From Geosiphon pyriformis uo1 (taxonomy: Eukaryota; Fungi; Glomeromycota): a stretch of 64,000 nt of DNA. The stretch lies in contig JAAOMT010000597.1 of NCBI GenBank assembly GCA_016748015.1, positions 916,126-980,125 of the forward strand, written 5' to 3'. This document shows positions 1 through 14,332 of this stretch, in pieces; positions within the stretch are counted from its first letter, which is position 1, and each line of letters starts with the position of its first letter. The notes below the pieces were generated by a model, which was not told the origin of the DNA, did not search any database, and worked only from the letters and a program-made list of their open reading frames with translations. A program made the position numbers and the translations under genes.

Positions 1-614
1 CTCTCTTTTGAATTAGCTTCATAACTTTTTTCTTGAGAATTGTTTTTGTAATTCTGGTCTGCAATTCATTAAATTGGGCATTGATTAATTTTTCCAGTTA
101 ATTAATAGTTATTGTACTTATTACTAAGTGTAGCAATATTTCTGATCAATCTTAAAATCTCATTTGTAGTCAATAGATAATTTTTATATATATGAGTATA
201 TTGTTTTTTTTACTACTTATTTAATTTGTTGTAATATAATTATATTAAATATTTTTTGGTTTTATTTATATATAAGTTCTAAATATTTAGTTTTTATTCT
301 AATTAATAATAGCAAAAGTTTTTGGGAATTTATTGTGTTTATTGATTTCAATTTTCTAATATTACTTCTTTATTTAATATCACTATTCTTAGAGTTTTTA
401 GTGTTTTTCTCATTTTTTCTATTATTTTGTTTACTAAATTTTTAAAAATATGATATTTGGAATTTTGTTTTTTTATTTGAAATTTTTGATTTATTTTTTT
501 GTCTTTATATTAGATTATTTGTTTGTTAATAGTGACTTTTAAACTTTATTTTTGATGTTGAATAAGTTGTAATAATTGTTGTATAAGTAAGTAAATATTG
601 TTAGTAATTTTTAT
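1..614 (-). pseudogene. Extra ORF3 downstream of integrase (gypsy family A), unknown function
   Basis: Aligns to 29812-30430 (KITNNIYLLIQQLLQLIQ...EVILENW), with several third-position differences in this frame. Confidence 0.6.
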
Positions 615-944
615 TTTTCCATTTGTTTTTGTTATATGTATTGGTTTTTTATATACTGTTTTTGTAAATCAATTTAATATGTTTGTGTTAATGATTATAA
701 TTGGTTCTAAATTTTGTAGAATTTTATCTGATTAAACTAGTATTTGTTGTACTTCCAATTGTAAAATATTACTAATAAATAATAATAATATATTATAATA
801 TGGTTTTAATTGATTACTATGTGCTGTTTTAGTTAAAATTTTGTTGTCTTATCTTAATTTATAAGCTCTATATTTTAGAATTTTTTTAATGTAAAATGGT
901 CTATTTTATTTGGGGTCAAATTTTCTACTTCATTGTTTTTCTAC

Positions 945-1761
945 TGTTACTTATAAAAATTAAGAATTATAATAATAAGTAAAATAGTCAATTAAAAATA
1001 AATTTAATAAAAGAAGAATTGTAGTATTTCAAAATTTCAAAATTCTAGAATTTTTTTCAAGAAATTGCAGAATTCTAGAATTTTTTTTAAAAAAATTGAA
1101 AAATTTCAAAGAATTTTATATAACATAAATTATGTATATATAGTAAGAGTATTAAAAACAAAAAAAAAAGATTTAATTCAGTTCAGAACAATAATACTCT
1201 TTTTTTTAAAAGATAATTTTCTATAACTTAAAACAGAATCACATTAATATTAACAAAATATCTAATTATTATTAAATCTATAATATTATTAAAAAAATAT
1301 TAATCATTTTCATACTATTAACATTTTATATTAATAAAATCTAATACTTAACTATATTAAAACAATAGCTTTTAATTATAGCTATTAATAAAATACTAAT
1401 TTTTTATTTTATTTTATTTTTTTATTGATTTTGTTTTATTTTTTTATTATTTACTAAATGATTAAAGAGATTAAATATTAAATATTTAACATCAAAAATA
1501 GTTTGATAAAAAATCTGAGAACAAAAATAGAAATTTAATGATAATTTACTAAAAGAGCATGACTATTAAAATAAATTGGTTATTACACTAAAAAAAAAAT
1601 TTATAGAAGAAATCATTAATTAAATTTCTGTCTATTATATAAAAGACTCAACCAAAACTTTTAAACTCCAAAATTTTTAGAATTCCCAATATTTTTAGCT
1701 ATTAAGCACTAAGTTATAGATTTGTTATTTGTTTTAATATCTTAAATAATTATTTGTAATA
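945..1761 (+). repeat. Solo LTR (family A-related), 4-bp TSD CTAC
   Basis: Starts TGTTAC, ends TGTAATA (from TGTAACA). CTAC lies at 941-944 and 1762-1765. Removing it restores the integrase frame (CIKVEKQ*SRKFDPK). Homologous to the 21465 and 30479 LTRs. Confidence 0.93.
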
Positions 1762-4674
1762 CTACTTTGATACAATATAAGAGTATTTTGTTTCTAATCT
1801 TGAATTTGACTGATTTACCTAATAACTGGTTATGTTATTTTTTTGTTTTACTTATGACTTTTGTATATTATTAGTTATTCTTTGCTTTTTGTTTTTTAAA
1901 GTTTCTATTAAGTTGTATGTTCTTTGGAAATTGGCTTCTGTTATTGACTCTATTAAATATATATTAATATCTATCTTAACTGGTAATATTGCTCTTTTAT
2001 CATAAAATAGTTCAAATAGTATTGCTTATGTAATATTTTGCTTTATTGTTCAATAAGCAAATAATACTAATAATATAAATACATTCTATTTATTTTGGTT
2101 TTTTTTGGCTAATTTTGACTATTACTTTATACAATGTTTTATTTATTTTTTTAACTAAGCTATTTGTTTATGGATTATATAGTAATGATAATAGTTTCTT
2201 AATTTTAAATTTTTGACTTAATTTTATTAATATTTTGCTTACAAAGTAAGTTCTTTGGTTTAATAACAATTTTTTTGAACATCTATGTTAACAAATCAAA
2301 TTTTGGTGTATGAATTTGGCTTTTAATTCTATATCTGCTCTTTGAATTGCTTTTACTTCTGGCTATTTTGTAAGATAATCTATGATTACTGCTATATATT
2401 AATTGTTTTTGCTGATTATAATTGATGATCTGACTAAGTTAATTCCAATTTGATCAAATAGTTGTTCCACTTTAATTAGTTTTAGCAGTTTACTGGATTT
2501 TTTTTTTTTTTTTTATAAACATCACAATTTTGAATATATTAAATGATGTTTGGATATATAGATGGCCAATAGTATTTTTTTCTGGTTTTTTTATAATTGC
2601 TTTTTTATGAAAATATTCTGCTGTTAGATCTGAATATATATTGAACAGTATTTTTTTTTTTGGTTCTGTAATTACTCTGAGTAGTTGGTTTAGATATTTT
2701 TTGTTTTTTTTATATAATATATTTTGGTAAGTAATAAAGTATTTTAATTGTTGTTTTATGTTGTTTTGTTTTTTTTTGAGATAATTTTTTCTTAAACTAT
2801 TAAATATTAATATAATATTAGAGTTATTAATATTTTTGTATGTTTATTTTTTGTTATATTTTTGAGTAAAAATGTTTTTAGATTTGTTTTATTTATAACA
2901 AACTATTAGCATTTTCATTTTTTTTTCTTTTTATAATTAAATAATAATAGTCTTATTTTCTATTTTGCATGATAATTGTTTCCAAATTTTTGCTTCTGAA
3001 TTAATGTTAATTTTTTGTAATCAGTATACATATTGAACTTTTAATTTAAGTATTTTTTCTATTTGATGACAGTCCAATAAATAACTAAGTATTCTAATAT
3101 TAAAATTTTATAGTTTTTCTCAATTGAACTTAAATTTTGGCTGGCATATACTATTAGATATTTTTGTTTATTGGTTTTTTTTTGTGACAATACAACTCTT
3201 AATGCTTAACTAAATATATTAGTAGTAATAATAAATAATTTGTTGTGATCTGAATAAATTAATACTAGAATTTGAATGAGCTTTTTTCTCAAGATATCAA
3301 AAGCTTTTTGTTAGTTTTCAGTTTATTTGTATTTAATATTCTTTGTTTAAAACTGGTAAAATGGTTGTGTTAGTTTGAAAAAGTTTTAAATAAAGTAACA
3401 ATAATATTTAGTAAATTCCAAAAATGCTCTTAGTTCTGTCAAGTTTATTAGTACTAAAAAATTCTTAACAATTTTAATTTTGTCTGAATCTGTTTTAATG
3501 CTGTTTTTGCTTATGACATGTTCTAAAAACTTGAGTTTAGTTTTTTCAAAAAAGTATTTGATAGCATATAATTTTAGTTCAGTTCTTCTTAATCTTTTAA
3601 ACATTTGTTAAAAATAGTAAAAATAATTATTAAATGTTTTGGAAAACATGTTTGGTATTATTCAAGTAGACTATTACTAATTTTCATAGTAGTCTAATAT
3701 AGACAATTTTTATTAATTATTAAAGCATTGGTTAAGTTAAATAGTATAATATCAAATTCAAAATTTTTTTCTCTGATAGTAAATGTTGTCTTTTTTTTGT
3801 TGGCTGAATTCATAACTACTTATCAGTAACTACTATTTAAGTCTAATATTGAGAATTTCTTCTAAAAGCATTAAATAGTTTTTGAATTTATGAAGTTGAA
3901 TAATTGTCTTTAAGAGTTACACTATTAAGCTTTATATAATCTATACAAAAGCAGATTTTTTCATTTTTTTTTTGAATAAGTACTACTGGTAATAATTATT
4001 GGCTCATTAATAATTAAATTAATCTGTTGTTTAACGTTTGGTTAATTTCTTGTCAGATAATTTTATGGCTTGCAAATGATATTTTGTATGCTTTTTGTTT
4101 GATTAGTATTGCATCTTTAATTTTAATTTGATGCTAGATAATATTAGTTCTGTTAAATTTATTTTTATTGACAAAGATATTAGTAAAATTGTTATATAGC
4201 ATCTTAAGTTACATATATTAAAGTGGGTCTAAATTCTCTAAGTTTATTTGCAACAACTGTTTTAATTGTAGCAAATAATATTTTTTTATTTGTAAATTGT
4301 TTGTGATATAATATTTACATATTTATACAGTTGTAAAAAATCTAAAATAGTAGTTGATAATTGGTTCTTAATTTTAATGCTTAACTATCTAATTGTAGTT
4401 TTATTTGGTATTTATATGAAGTTTTTGGTTGTAATATATATTAGAATTTTAATGTATTTGTAGTTTTTGGCTGGTATGTAGAGATTGATAATAGCAATTT
4501 TTTTTAACTCACAAATGTTTGGTTTAGCTTCAAAAATCTGGAATTAATTTTTTACTTTTCTTTTTATAACTAATATATACTAGTTATATGGTAAAATGAA
4601 AACTAATTAATAGGTGAAAATAATTTTTTTCTGATTAATAGTTTTTTTTTTTGCTATATTGACTGATATTTTTA

Positions 4675-5070
4675 CTTTACTTATAGATCTAAATCACTTT
4701 ATTTCTTTTGCTGTAATTCTTAATTTTTTTCTTGTTTTTACTAATACTAACTGAGCTATTTTAGCTAAAAGCAAAAATTTTTTCTGTGCTATATTTTTAT
4801 ATAGTTTAATTATGTATCTTTTTACTAAGTTATTTTGTAGTATTACAATAATATTTTTTATTTATTCTGTATCAATTATTTTTTTTCTTATTTTTTGCTA
4901 AACTAAATTTAAAAACTAATTACACAATTTTTATTGTTAGATTTTTTAGTAATAATTTTAAATCTATGCTAAAACACAAATAAAATTCCAATTTAATGGC
5001 AGTTTTTTTAGAATATCTAAGATCAAATCTTATATTAGTATTATGTACATGTTTTGGCATGATACTTTTA
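4675..5070 (-). pseudogene. dUTPase domain within gypsy pol
   Basis: Decayed motifs RFDLRY, (S)SLAKN, IIDTE*IKNI, NIAQ, *FRSISK; colinear with 26120-26525. Confidence 0.8.
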
Positions 5071-8000
5071 TTATTATTACTAAATTATTTGAGTTCCTGT
5101 TTCTTTAAAAGATTTAAAAGTGCAATATATTGTTTGAGGTTTTTGTTGAAGTTTGAATTGTTGTTGTTGTTATTGCTATTGTAGTCAGAATAGAATTATT
5201 GTTGATATTATTATTAAAGTCTAAATTGTAATTGAATCTCAATTTCAATTTCAAAATACATTTATTGATTGGTTTTTTTTCTTTAGAAATTGAATAAATT
5301 TATGCATAATAATAAATTATAAATAAGATTACAATTATTACAATATTCAAAGTCATTAAAAATTAGGCAATATTTACAAAGTCTAGTATTTAATTATTTT
5401 AAATACTGCTTTTGTTTTTTTTAAGTAGGTGTTAAATCTTGATAATATTTATAAAATTGTTTTGAATTATTCATAATATCAATAAATATGTTTGAATTGA
5501 AAATGAAAATAGTTTTAACAGGTTTTGATAGATTATTTTTAATTACTAATATTTTTCTGGACAAAATATCTTCAATTTTAGCAGTTGTTATTTTCCAAAT
5601 CTTGTTTTTGTCATATAAACAACTGTCTAAATATGAAATTGCTCAATTTTATACAATATAAAAGATATTTTTTTGCTCACCCAGTCACTTATAAGAATTA
5701 TGTATTAATATAAAGCATTACATGTTTTTCTTTGACCAGAAATATTGTTCCATATTTTTTTATTAAGTAATGTTTTTTTACAAATAAAACATAGTTTGTT
5801 GTCTTATTTTTCTTGTTATTTTAGATATTCAAAGTATTTTTTGTAACATGGTTTACAATAATAATAGGTATATATTCAATAATTTTCTTTTAACAAGATC
5901 TAAGCTTTTATAAATAAAAGCTTTTTATTATAGTTAATATATTTAAGTAAAATATAGAGCAGTTTTTTTTTGGTTCTAATAAGTAAAATACATGTCAACT
6001 ATTAACTATTTTTTTGTGGTAATAGTGGCTGTTAGTTTATTTTCCTCTTTTTTTTTCCTTTTTTTGTATTAATTAAGTATTGGTAGTAATTTGTTATAGT
6101 TATTATTAGTTTATAAGACTTGATAAACTCTTAGGTAAATTTGTTGTTTTTTTTTCGAATTCTATTAATAATTGAGATAAAATTGTTTTAAAGTAACTAC
6201 AGGTAGCTAGTATTCGAATATGCTAATTATTTTGACTGAACTGTAATTTTTGAGTATTTTAGTTAAATATAACATTGGTCTTTGACAGCCAGTTATTACC
6301 AATAAGAACTTGATATTGTGTGGCTTTCATGATAAAAACTTTGATAAAAGTGACAATACTATTGACTTTAAAAAAAAAGTTATTGATTTTGTTGATAAAA
6401 ATCTTGGTGGCTCTATTAGTAATAATAATTTTAATGCTGACAGTACAATTAACTTGTGACTTAATTGGTTTATAAGTTGTTATGTAATAATGCTGTCTGC
6501 TAAATTATTATTAAGAATTAGTTTGATAGAATAGCCATCAATTTTGGCATCAGTATACATAATAGTAATTAGTTTGTTATTAAAAAAGGCTTTACTAAAA
6601 AATAGGGTTTTTGATTGGTTTTCCAACTTAAATAAAAAAATAGTAGTTAATAATTTATTTTTTGTAACAATTGCTAATGAGATGTTGTTAATAAATAGTT
6701 GGTGATTGGTTTTTAAGTTGTTAGGTGAATTGTTTTTTGTTACAGCCAAAAGGCTTAAATAGTTCTGAAAATTCGGGTTTTAAATGTACTTACTTCTCAA
6801 ATTTCTTGAATGTAATCTTGATATTTAATTTAAGAAACTGGATATCAGTTGGTGCATAATTATTACTAATCTTTAGTTCTGTTGTATATATATAATTCTT
6901 GTTCTTTAATTTTTAGTTGATATTAAAGCTAAATTTTGTAATAGTGTTTGAATAAGTTAGAATTGATAAATTACTTGTGGCTGTGGTTAATAGATTACTA
7001 GTGTTAAAGTTTAATAAACTAAAAGTATATATATAAATTGTTATGTCATTTGGAAGTAATATGGTTAATATAGATATAATTTTAATGAAAAATTTTTGGT
7101 GTAGTTTTGAATTTAAAATCTGTGATCAGAGTTTTTATATTAGTTTTCTAATTAGAAATTATTAAATTTAATACAGCAATCTGTTTTTAAATGATCTTGT
7201 TTATTATAGTAATAACAATTACATGTTTCTTGCTGTTATGATTAATTTGTTAATAATGATGACAAATATAATTAATTTAGAAATAATTAAAGTTTTTTTG
7301 ATTTTTACGGTAAATAAATTGTCTAATTGTTAATTAAGTATTTTTTTAATTTTTGGTTAATAGAAGTACTAAATTGTTTCAACTTAAAATTCAATTTAGA
7401 TGATTTATTTATGACTAGATTTACAGTTTGGACATGGTTGGCTTTAAGTTCAGCCAATTCAAAATGTCTGGCATAAATGACTGTATTCTGAAGAGTATTT
7501 GGGTGTATTAAACATACTTGTTGTAACAAACTACTATGTAATTCACAAATAAATTGATTTAGAATCTATAATGCTATAAAGTAGTTAGTATTGATTGTTT
7601 AAATTTAATGCAGATTTCTGTGGAAATTTTTTAAATAAGTGGTGACTGTTTCAGTATTATTTTATTTAATAATAGTAAAGCTAATTAACAGGCAATTGAT
7701 ACTATTATTATTACTAAAATACTATAAAACCATGGTTTTAAATGTGTTAAAATCTTGATTTACAAGATTCTAATACCACAAGTTAACAATAGTCTAAAGA
7801 AAATATGAAATAGTTTAAAGTGTTCTGGCATTATTTTATTTATTGGTTGTAATGGCTTTTGCTATATTATTTAGCCATACTTAAACTTTGTTCTTTTTAC
7901 TGGTAAATTTTTTTATTTGACAATTGGTGTATATGTCATTTATATAAGTAATAATGTTGTTGTGGCTGTTGTTGTACAGCAATTGGTGCTATTAGTATTT

Positions 8001-8495
8001 GATTAATCAGAATAATAAGAAGTAAGTTTTCTGAAAAAATAGAAGTTGAATTTAGATTATTCAAATTTGATTGGGTTTAAACAATTGAAATTATAATTTT
8101 TAGATTAATTGAGATTAGGTTTTGATTATTATTTTTCTAATTACTATTTTTTTTTAAATTGGTGTCTTTTTAATAACTGATAGATCCAAAATTTGGTTAA
8201 AGAAACAGCAATTAAAGTTTTAATAATATTATTAATTATGATTTAAATCTTTCAAAAAAATTGTTATAGATTCCTAATAATTTGTTTTTTTTTTAATTAT
8301 TTTGGAATGATATTCTGAATAATAGTGTTTTCATAGTTAATAATAATATGAATCCAAATAGTATGTAGATAGTATTTTTTGGTATATAATAGTATAACAG
8401 GTAAATAGACATAATATTTTTAATAAAAAAATTTTGGCTTTTAAATTTTTTTTATTAGATTATAATTTTTATTTGTAAATTTTTTTCCAAAAAAA

Positions 8496-10724
8496 AACTC
8501 TGTCTTCTTAATTTTATGATCACGACTAAAGCAAAGAGTAAAAAAGCTGTACTTAATATTTTTTCTGAGATATCTAATAAAATTTTAACCAGAGGAGCTC
8601 TTTTTGTTGTAAAAACAATTAGGCAAAATATTTTAGAAGCTTTTTTTTTACTTAGTAATTGTGAAAAGCTGTCTTTGATAGCTACTGAAGCAATTTTCTT
8701 TTTTTTGGCTGGTTTTTTATCAGTTAAAGTTCTCTCAAAAAGACACACTTGAGTTAATCCTAGTGTTGTCTTCATCTTAATTAAGAGTCTAAAAGTTTTT
8801 AATAATAGACCAGTAAACAAGCTGGTCTTCCCTTTTGTAGCTTTATTATCTGGTGTTTTTAGTACTATCTCTTCAAAAAAAATGTTCAAAAAAACCAAAA
8901 GTTCAGAAAAATAGGAGCAATTGCTTGTCTCTGCTATTGTTATACTAAACCTTTTTGTGATTTCAATTGAGATCTTAGATAAAATTTCTTTTGTATTATT
9001 CAGCATATTATCCAAGATGAGCCAAAATCAACTATTAGCTGTGTTGCCAAATGTAGTGTTTTTTGGCAGATTTTTACTGGTTTTGGAAGTAAAGCAACTA
9101 TCTTCTGTGGTTTCTGGTGCTGCCATTGGTGGTACTTAAGAAACTATTACTAATTGTCAAAAGTTTTTACTGAACAGGTGGTTTTCTTTCTGGTGCTTAG
9201 TACTATTTTTAAGATTAAATTGACTCATGTTAAGGCTGTTTTTCAGTCTATACATGGTTTTTTGAGTGTAAAATCTGTTTTTAAGGACAATATAAAGCTC
9301 TTCTGTGTGAAGTTTGCATCTCAAAGTTCTTTAAATATTGCATTTTTGTTAAAACTTACAAGCTTTGTTCACTTTATTACTCTCAAAATTGCCAAGTTTT
9401 TAGTGGTTTTTAAGTCTGGTTCCCTTTTTGCTGCTGTTGTATTATGTGATATGTCTTTAGTTGTATCTATTATTAATATTGGGACAGCTTTCAGTGTGTT
9501 TGGTAGTATCACTTATGTTGTGTTGAAACCTGCTGGCATTTGGCAATATGTGGTTGTTTTTTTTGAAAAATTAAACTCTGCTGTGTTTGTTTTGAATTAT
9601 TGGTTAATTTTGATAGGCAAAAATAGTACTAAAATTCTTTCCTTGGTGAATCAGAATAAAATTATTCTGTTTTATAATAGGTTTAAGACCAAGTTAGTCA
9701 ATCTCCCCTCTGGCTGCATAGCTTTTGAAATTAATAATATAATTTTTCAAATTGGTAATTAGACATGTTTTATTTTCTATTTTTCTAAGTTTAGTTGTTG
9801 TTTCCAGTTTGTTTTGGTTATATTTGGTTTTTTAGTTGATTTGAATGCTACAGTATTAAAGATTAGTACACTAAGAAAGTACTGTATCTAATAAAAAACT
9901 TCTGGTAATCAACACTGTTTTTAATGTCAAAGTTCAGATCATCTGGCTTTGAATTATAAAATGTCTTCATTTTTTCTTTTTAAGACTCTCAAAATATTTA
10001 TTTCTTATAGTATTGGTGACAAGTCTTATGTTAAAACTGCTGCTTTTGTGCTTTTTTCAGTTTTTAGTACTTTGAATGGTTTAGTTTTTTCTATTAAAAT
10101 CATATCTGATAATTTTGTGGTCTCTTTTTGGTTAATATCTTTGGAATCTGATTTGGTCAAGCTTATTACTTTGGTTAATTTTATTGTTAAACCAATTGGC
10201 TCTATGGTTAAAATGTTTGAACAGTTTATTAATAGAAATTTGGCTTTAAGTAGTAAGATTGGCCTTAAGTTTAAAGAGGTTTTGGTATATATGGGTATTT
10301 TTAGCAAGGCTGTAAATAAGTTAGAGCAGAATATAGTTGCTTTAAAGAATAAATATGATTTTAATAACATTGATATGACTGGCCTTTATGTGAATTTGTT
10401 TGATTTTAATGATAATATGTTTTCTAACTTAATGTCACTCTGGAAATATGAATCAGCTGATGTTAAATCAGATGTTTTTAGAACAGCTAATTGGTTAATA
10501 GATTTGGTCCCTATTAGTATTTTATTGTTTAAGATTATTCAAAAAATGTTATTTTTAAGTAAGTTTTCTTCTATTGTATTAAATATAGTATAACCTAAAT
10601 TGGCTTCAGTAGCTGGTTATATGTAAAAAGCATGTGAACTATATTTAGCTCTAAATCACTTAATTTGGTCCTAATTTTTAATTAATGGTTGGACCATACT
10701 CATTAAAACTTTAATAAAAAAAAA
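8496..10724 (+). mobile_element. ORF1-only non-autonomous non-LTR retroelement (HAL1-like), copy 1
   Basis: Single decayed ORF 8516-10593 homologous to 51650-53779, with a 60-bp in-frame deletion near 9105. Followed by the conserved 3' tail and poly(A) ending 10724. No EN or RT sequence. Confidence 0.85.
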
Positions 10725-10729
10725 TTTTT

Positions 10730-11900
10730 TTCTTAATTTTTTAATTTTAAATATAGTTAATTATTGTCTTAACTTAGAATATTATACAATTTTAATAAAT
10801 TTAACTTTTAGATAATAATTGTTTAACTTTTTTAATATTATAATTGATTATAAAATTGGTTTTTTTAAAAAAATATCTGTTATTTTTAATAATTGTAAAT
10901 TAAATAAAGTTTTTTTAACTAAAGGCTATGATATCTTTATCATAAAAATTTTCAAAAAATATTTACAATTTTTAATTTCTGATTTGGTAAAATAATAATT
11001 AATAAAAAATTTATACTGTTTAAAAAAATTTAAAAACTCCAAATTAAAACAATTTTCTATTTTAAGATTTTTAAAACTGGTTTTTTTATAAAAAACAGTT
11101 TTAAGATTTGGTTTATTACAAATAGTTAAATTTTTAAATGATTTTCAGTACAATTCAAAATTTTTAAACTATTATAGTCATCAATATTTATTTTTCTTAA
11201 TTTTTTAATTAATAAAATAATATTATTAAAACAAAATAATTTTCTTAACTTACTTAAACTACTATAATTTAACTCAGATTAAATTAAATAATATTTAAAA
11301 CAATACAAGCTTTTTAATGTTTAATCTATAACTTTTTAATTAAATTATTATTATAATACAAATATTTTAAAGCCAGATTGTTGGTTAAATCTAATCTTTT
11401 TAAAAGATTATTAAAACAATACAATTCTTCTAACTTGGTTAATTTAATTAAATTAGGACAGTTTTTAACTTAGAATTTATTTTTTCAGTTTACTTTATTA
11501 GAAATATCTATTTCAGTTATTTTATTGTTATTAATAAAATCATCATTATTTAGGGTTTTTACCAGATCTGATCGAGTTGTTTTTTTATTTAAGCCCAAAT
11601 TATCTAATCTTATTTTGTTAGTATTGATTAATTATTGTTTGAATAAGAAAAAATTTTTAATTTCTTTAATTCTTTTATATTTAAGTCAGTTAAATAATTA
11701 TTATGAATGTATAATTCTTTTATTTGTTCACAGTTTTTTATTTTCACATTAGTTAGTTTATTATAAGAAGTAATAATTTCTTTTAGTCTTGAACAGTTTT
11801 TAATAAGTAAATCTGTTAATTTATTATTACTCAAATTTAAACTAATTAATTTAGGAAAATTCTTAATTACTAATTTTTTTTTAAGTTCTGTTTGTTATAA
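10730..11900 (-). pseudogene. Leucine-rich-repeat protein pseudogene
   Basis: Repeated LxxLxCxNNxLxxL units: LISLNLSNNKLTDL, IKELYIHNNYLTDL, LEELYCFNNLLKRLDLTNNLALKYLYYNNN, LRKLFCFNN. Many stops and frameshifts. Confidence 0.8.
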
Positions 11901-11940
11901 GAATGGCTATGTTTTTAATATAATATTATGTTGTAATACA

Positions 11941-14332
11941 TTATGAAAATTATATTGATTTTAGACAAATAATATCTTTATATTCATTTCTGACAAAAAA
12001 ACAAATAATATTATAAAGCTACTCTTGTCTTTTGTAATCTAATAAAGCCAGTATTAATATTAAAATGAATAAAGCTTTGATTTCTCTGATAATTTCAAAA
12101 ATATTTGATTTTTTAACTTTTAATAAATTAAATTCAGTAAAAGCACTATTAGCAATCAGCTGAGTTTTAACAATTCCAAGATTAGCAACTTTAAAAAAAA
12201 AATGCTGATATTTTTACAAACCACTTAATTTTTTAAAGAAAATTCATAACACTAAATTGAGATCTAAGTATTGAAAGCCTTTTTTAGCTTTATAATATTA
12301 AGTTTTATTTAATCTAGCAACATTTGATCTTTTTATTACATCTACAATATAGTCTATACAATCTATATTTGTTTTTTAATACAGTTTTTTAATCAATTCA
12401 AAACTACTATCACATTTAAATTTAGTATGTTCAAGTACCATGAAATTTAATTTGATACTTTCATAATAACTGCAAATTATTAAATATAAATAAAATCAAA
12501 TAGTAGCATTATTTTTATTTTGTCTTCTTGCATTATTACAAGTGATCTTCAAATATTTTTTATCTTTATTTAATTTCTTTATTCTATTGAATACTATGCT
12601 CAGTGTACTCTTAGGATCTTTGCCAATTATTTCATCTTTATTGAAAACATGATTAATTTGTTCATGTATTGCTTTATTTTGAATACCAAATAAATGTACT
12701 TTACATGGACTGAGATAATAAATTTTACTTACCTGTTGATCAAAATGGGGCACATAAACATTTTGTGCCCAATTATAACTGTAATGAGTAGTAGCATCAA
12801 TACTATAATAATCAGCTTTATCTCTTGTCATAAAATGCTCATTTACTAATTTTCTTTGCTCTTCTGCTAATTTTGCATTTTTGTTGTAATAATTTCTCTC
12901 TAATTTAGCTTTAACTAAATATTTTTTGAATTTTTTTAATAAATCTTTTGCTTCTTTTTCTCTACAAGCATTATACTATAAGCCATTCTGAAAATGTTGG
13001 CACGTGTCACATAAATCTATTTTTGGATTCATGATTTGAATATAAGGCATTAATTGGTGTCATAACTTGTAGAATGCATCATACTTTAACAATTTCAATG
13101 CGTTATCATTTTCAAGACCTGCAATAAAATTACAATAGTCTGATTTATAATTTGTTTCAGTTGGCAATAGTATAAGTGATTGAGTAATACAATTGATATT
13201 TCTACCAGAACTTGATAATCCATGAATTTCAGCATAATTTTTGAGAAAATTTTTTATGATAGTAGCAATGATTATATCTATGGTTATTTTGGTTTTTTAT
13301 CATGGCACTCTTTTTACATTACCATAAACACGTAGTATTATGCCATTTGTTGCTAGATAGTTTCTGATATTTTCGAAATAAGTATAACTAATTCCTAATA
13401 TATTGAGATATATTTGCTGACAAAGTAGCGTATTGCAATCTTAATAGTAAAATGTTTGCTTATTAATACATGTTTTGTTTTTAAGACATCAGTTGGCAAT
13501 TATTTCTTTATCATTCAGTGCTTTCAGTTGGACTATTAAAAATATATCTTGTTTGGATTTAGAGAAAGCTTGAAATGCCTCATACAATTCAACAAACTTT
13601 TCTTTTAGAATTATTTTTGAGCAACCACAATTGCAACCAATCTCTAAGAAACACATTGCTTTTTCATATTCAGTAGAGCCATTGTAATTATTATTATTAT
13701 TTATATATAGGTAATTCTATATATAAATTTTATCACTTTTATAACAGTAATTTACATATGTGTTCAAATAAAGACATTAATTTTGAGTTGATCTAAGACT
13801 CTAAACTATTTTACTATTATTGTAGTTTCTGTTGATCATTAAGTCTGGAATAAATTATATTTGATTGAAACTTACATTACTACTCTGGCATTTTTAAGTT
13901 AATGGTCTAAGTAAAATACCAATGATAAATTCCAAAGAAAACTCCTTGTCATTTGATCTAAAAAAATAACAAAATAAAATAAAATGCATTAAATTACAAA
14001 TATTGTAGCAGTGTGATTCCATTTATTACCTTATTCAAAATACACAAGAATTACAATGAAATTCAATAAAATGACTATTTTTATTTTAGCAATAATCAAC
14101 TCAAATTCTATGACCACATTAATCTTATTGAGAATAATCAAACATAGACTTATCTTTCTTTTTTTTTGTTACACATTACCAGTATTTCAACCAATATAAA
14201 AGCATGATAATATTTAATTGCATACTCAATTACATAAGACAGTTTTTGTAGTTACACCCTCTATACAATTATCAGATTCCTGGGAACTGATAGGGCAACT
14301 GTAAAGGCATGACTATATATTTATCTAGTAAA
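11941..14332 (-). mobile_element. Sola-like DDD DNA transposon, decayed copy 1
   Basis: GCNCGC Cys region, DLCDTC, YSYNWAQN, CNNARRQNKNN (from D-N-x-x-G-Q-N-K-N), FMVLEHTKFKCDSSF (from PGHTKF..D..FG). High nucleotide similarity to 43545-45129, with shared right boundary ...TATTTATCTAGTAAA. Confidence 0.7.

Larger units (their letters stand above)
1..8420 (-). mobile_element. Ty3/gypsy LTR retrotransposon family A, decayed copy; 5' LTR missing, 3' LTR just outside window; interrupted by a solo LTR
   Basis: Reverse complement is colinear with the 22820-30430 copy: gag (ORF 7323-7529), CCHC knuckle ~7180-7225, protease (MYTDAKIDGYSIKLIL, ORF 6480-6749), dUTPase, RT (ORF 3386-3604), RNase H, integrase, ORF3. 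Many stops. Confidence 0.93.

Noticed and set aside
8419-10730. Possible TSD TAATAAAAAAATTTT around ORF1-only copy 1
   Set aside because: Low-complexity match, and the two flanks belong to different loci (gypsy gag vs LRR).
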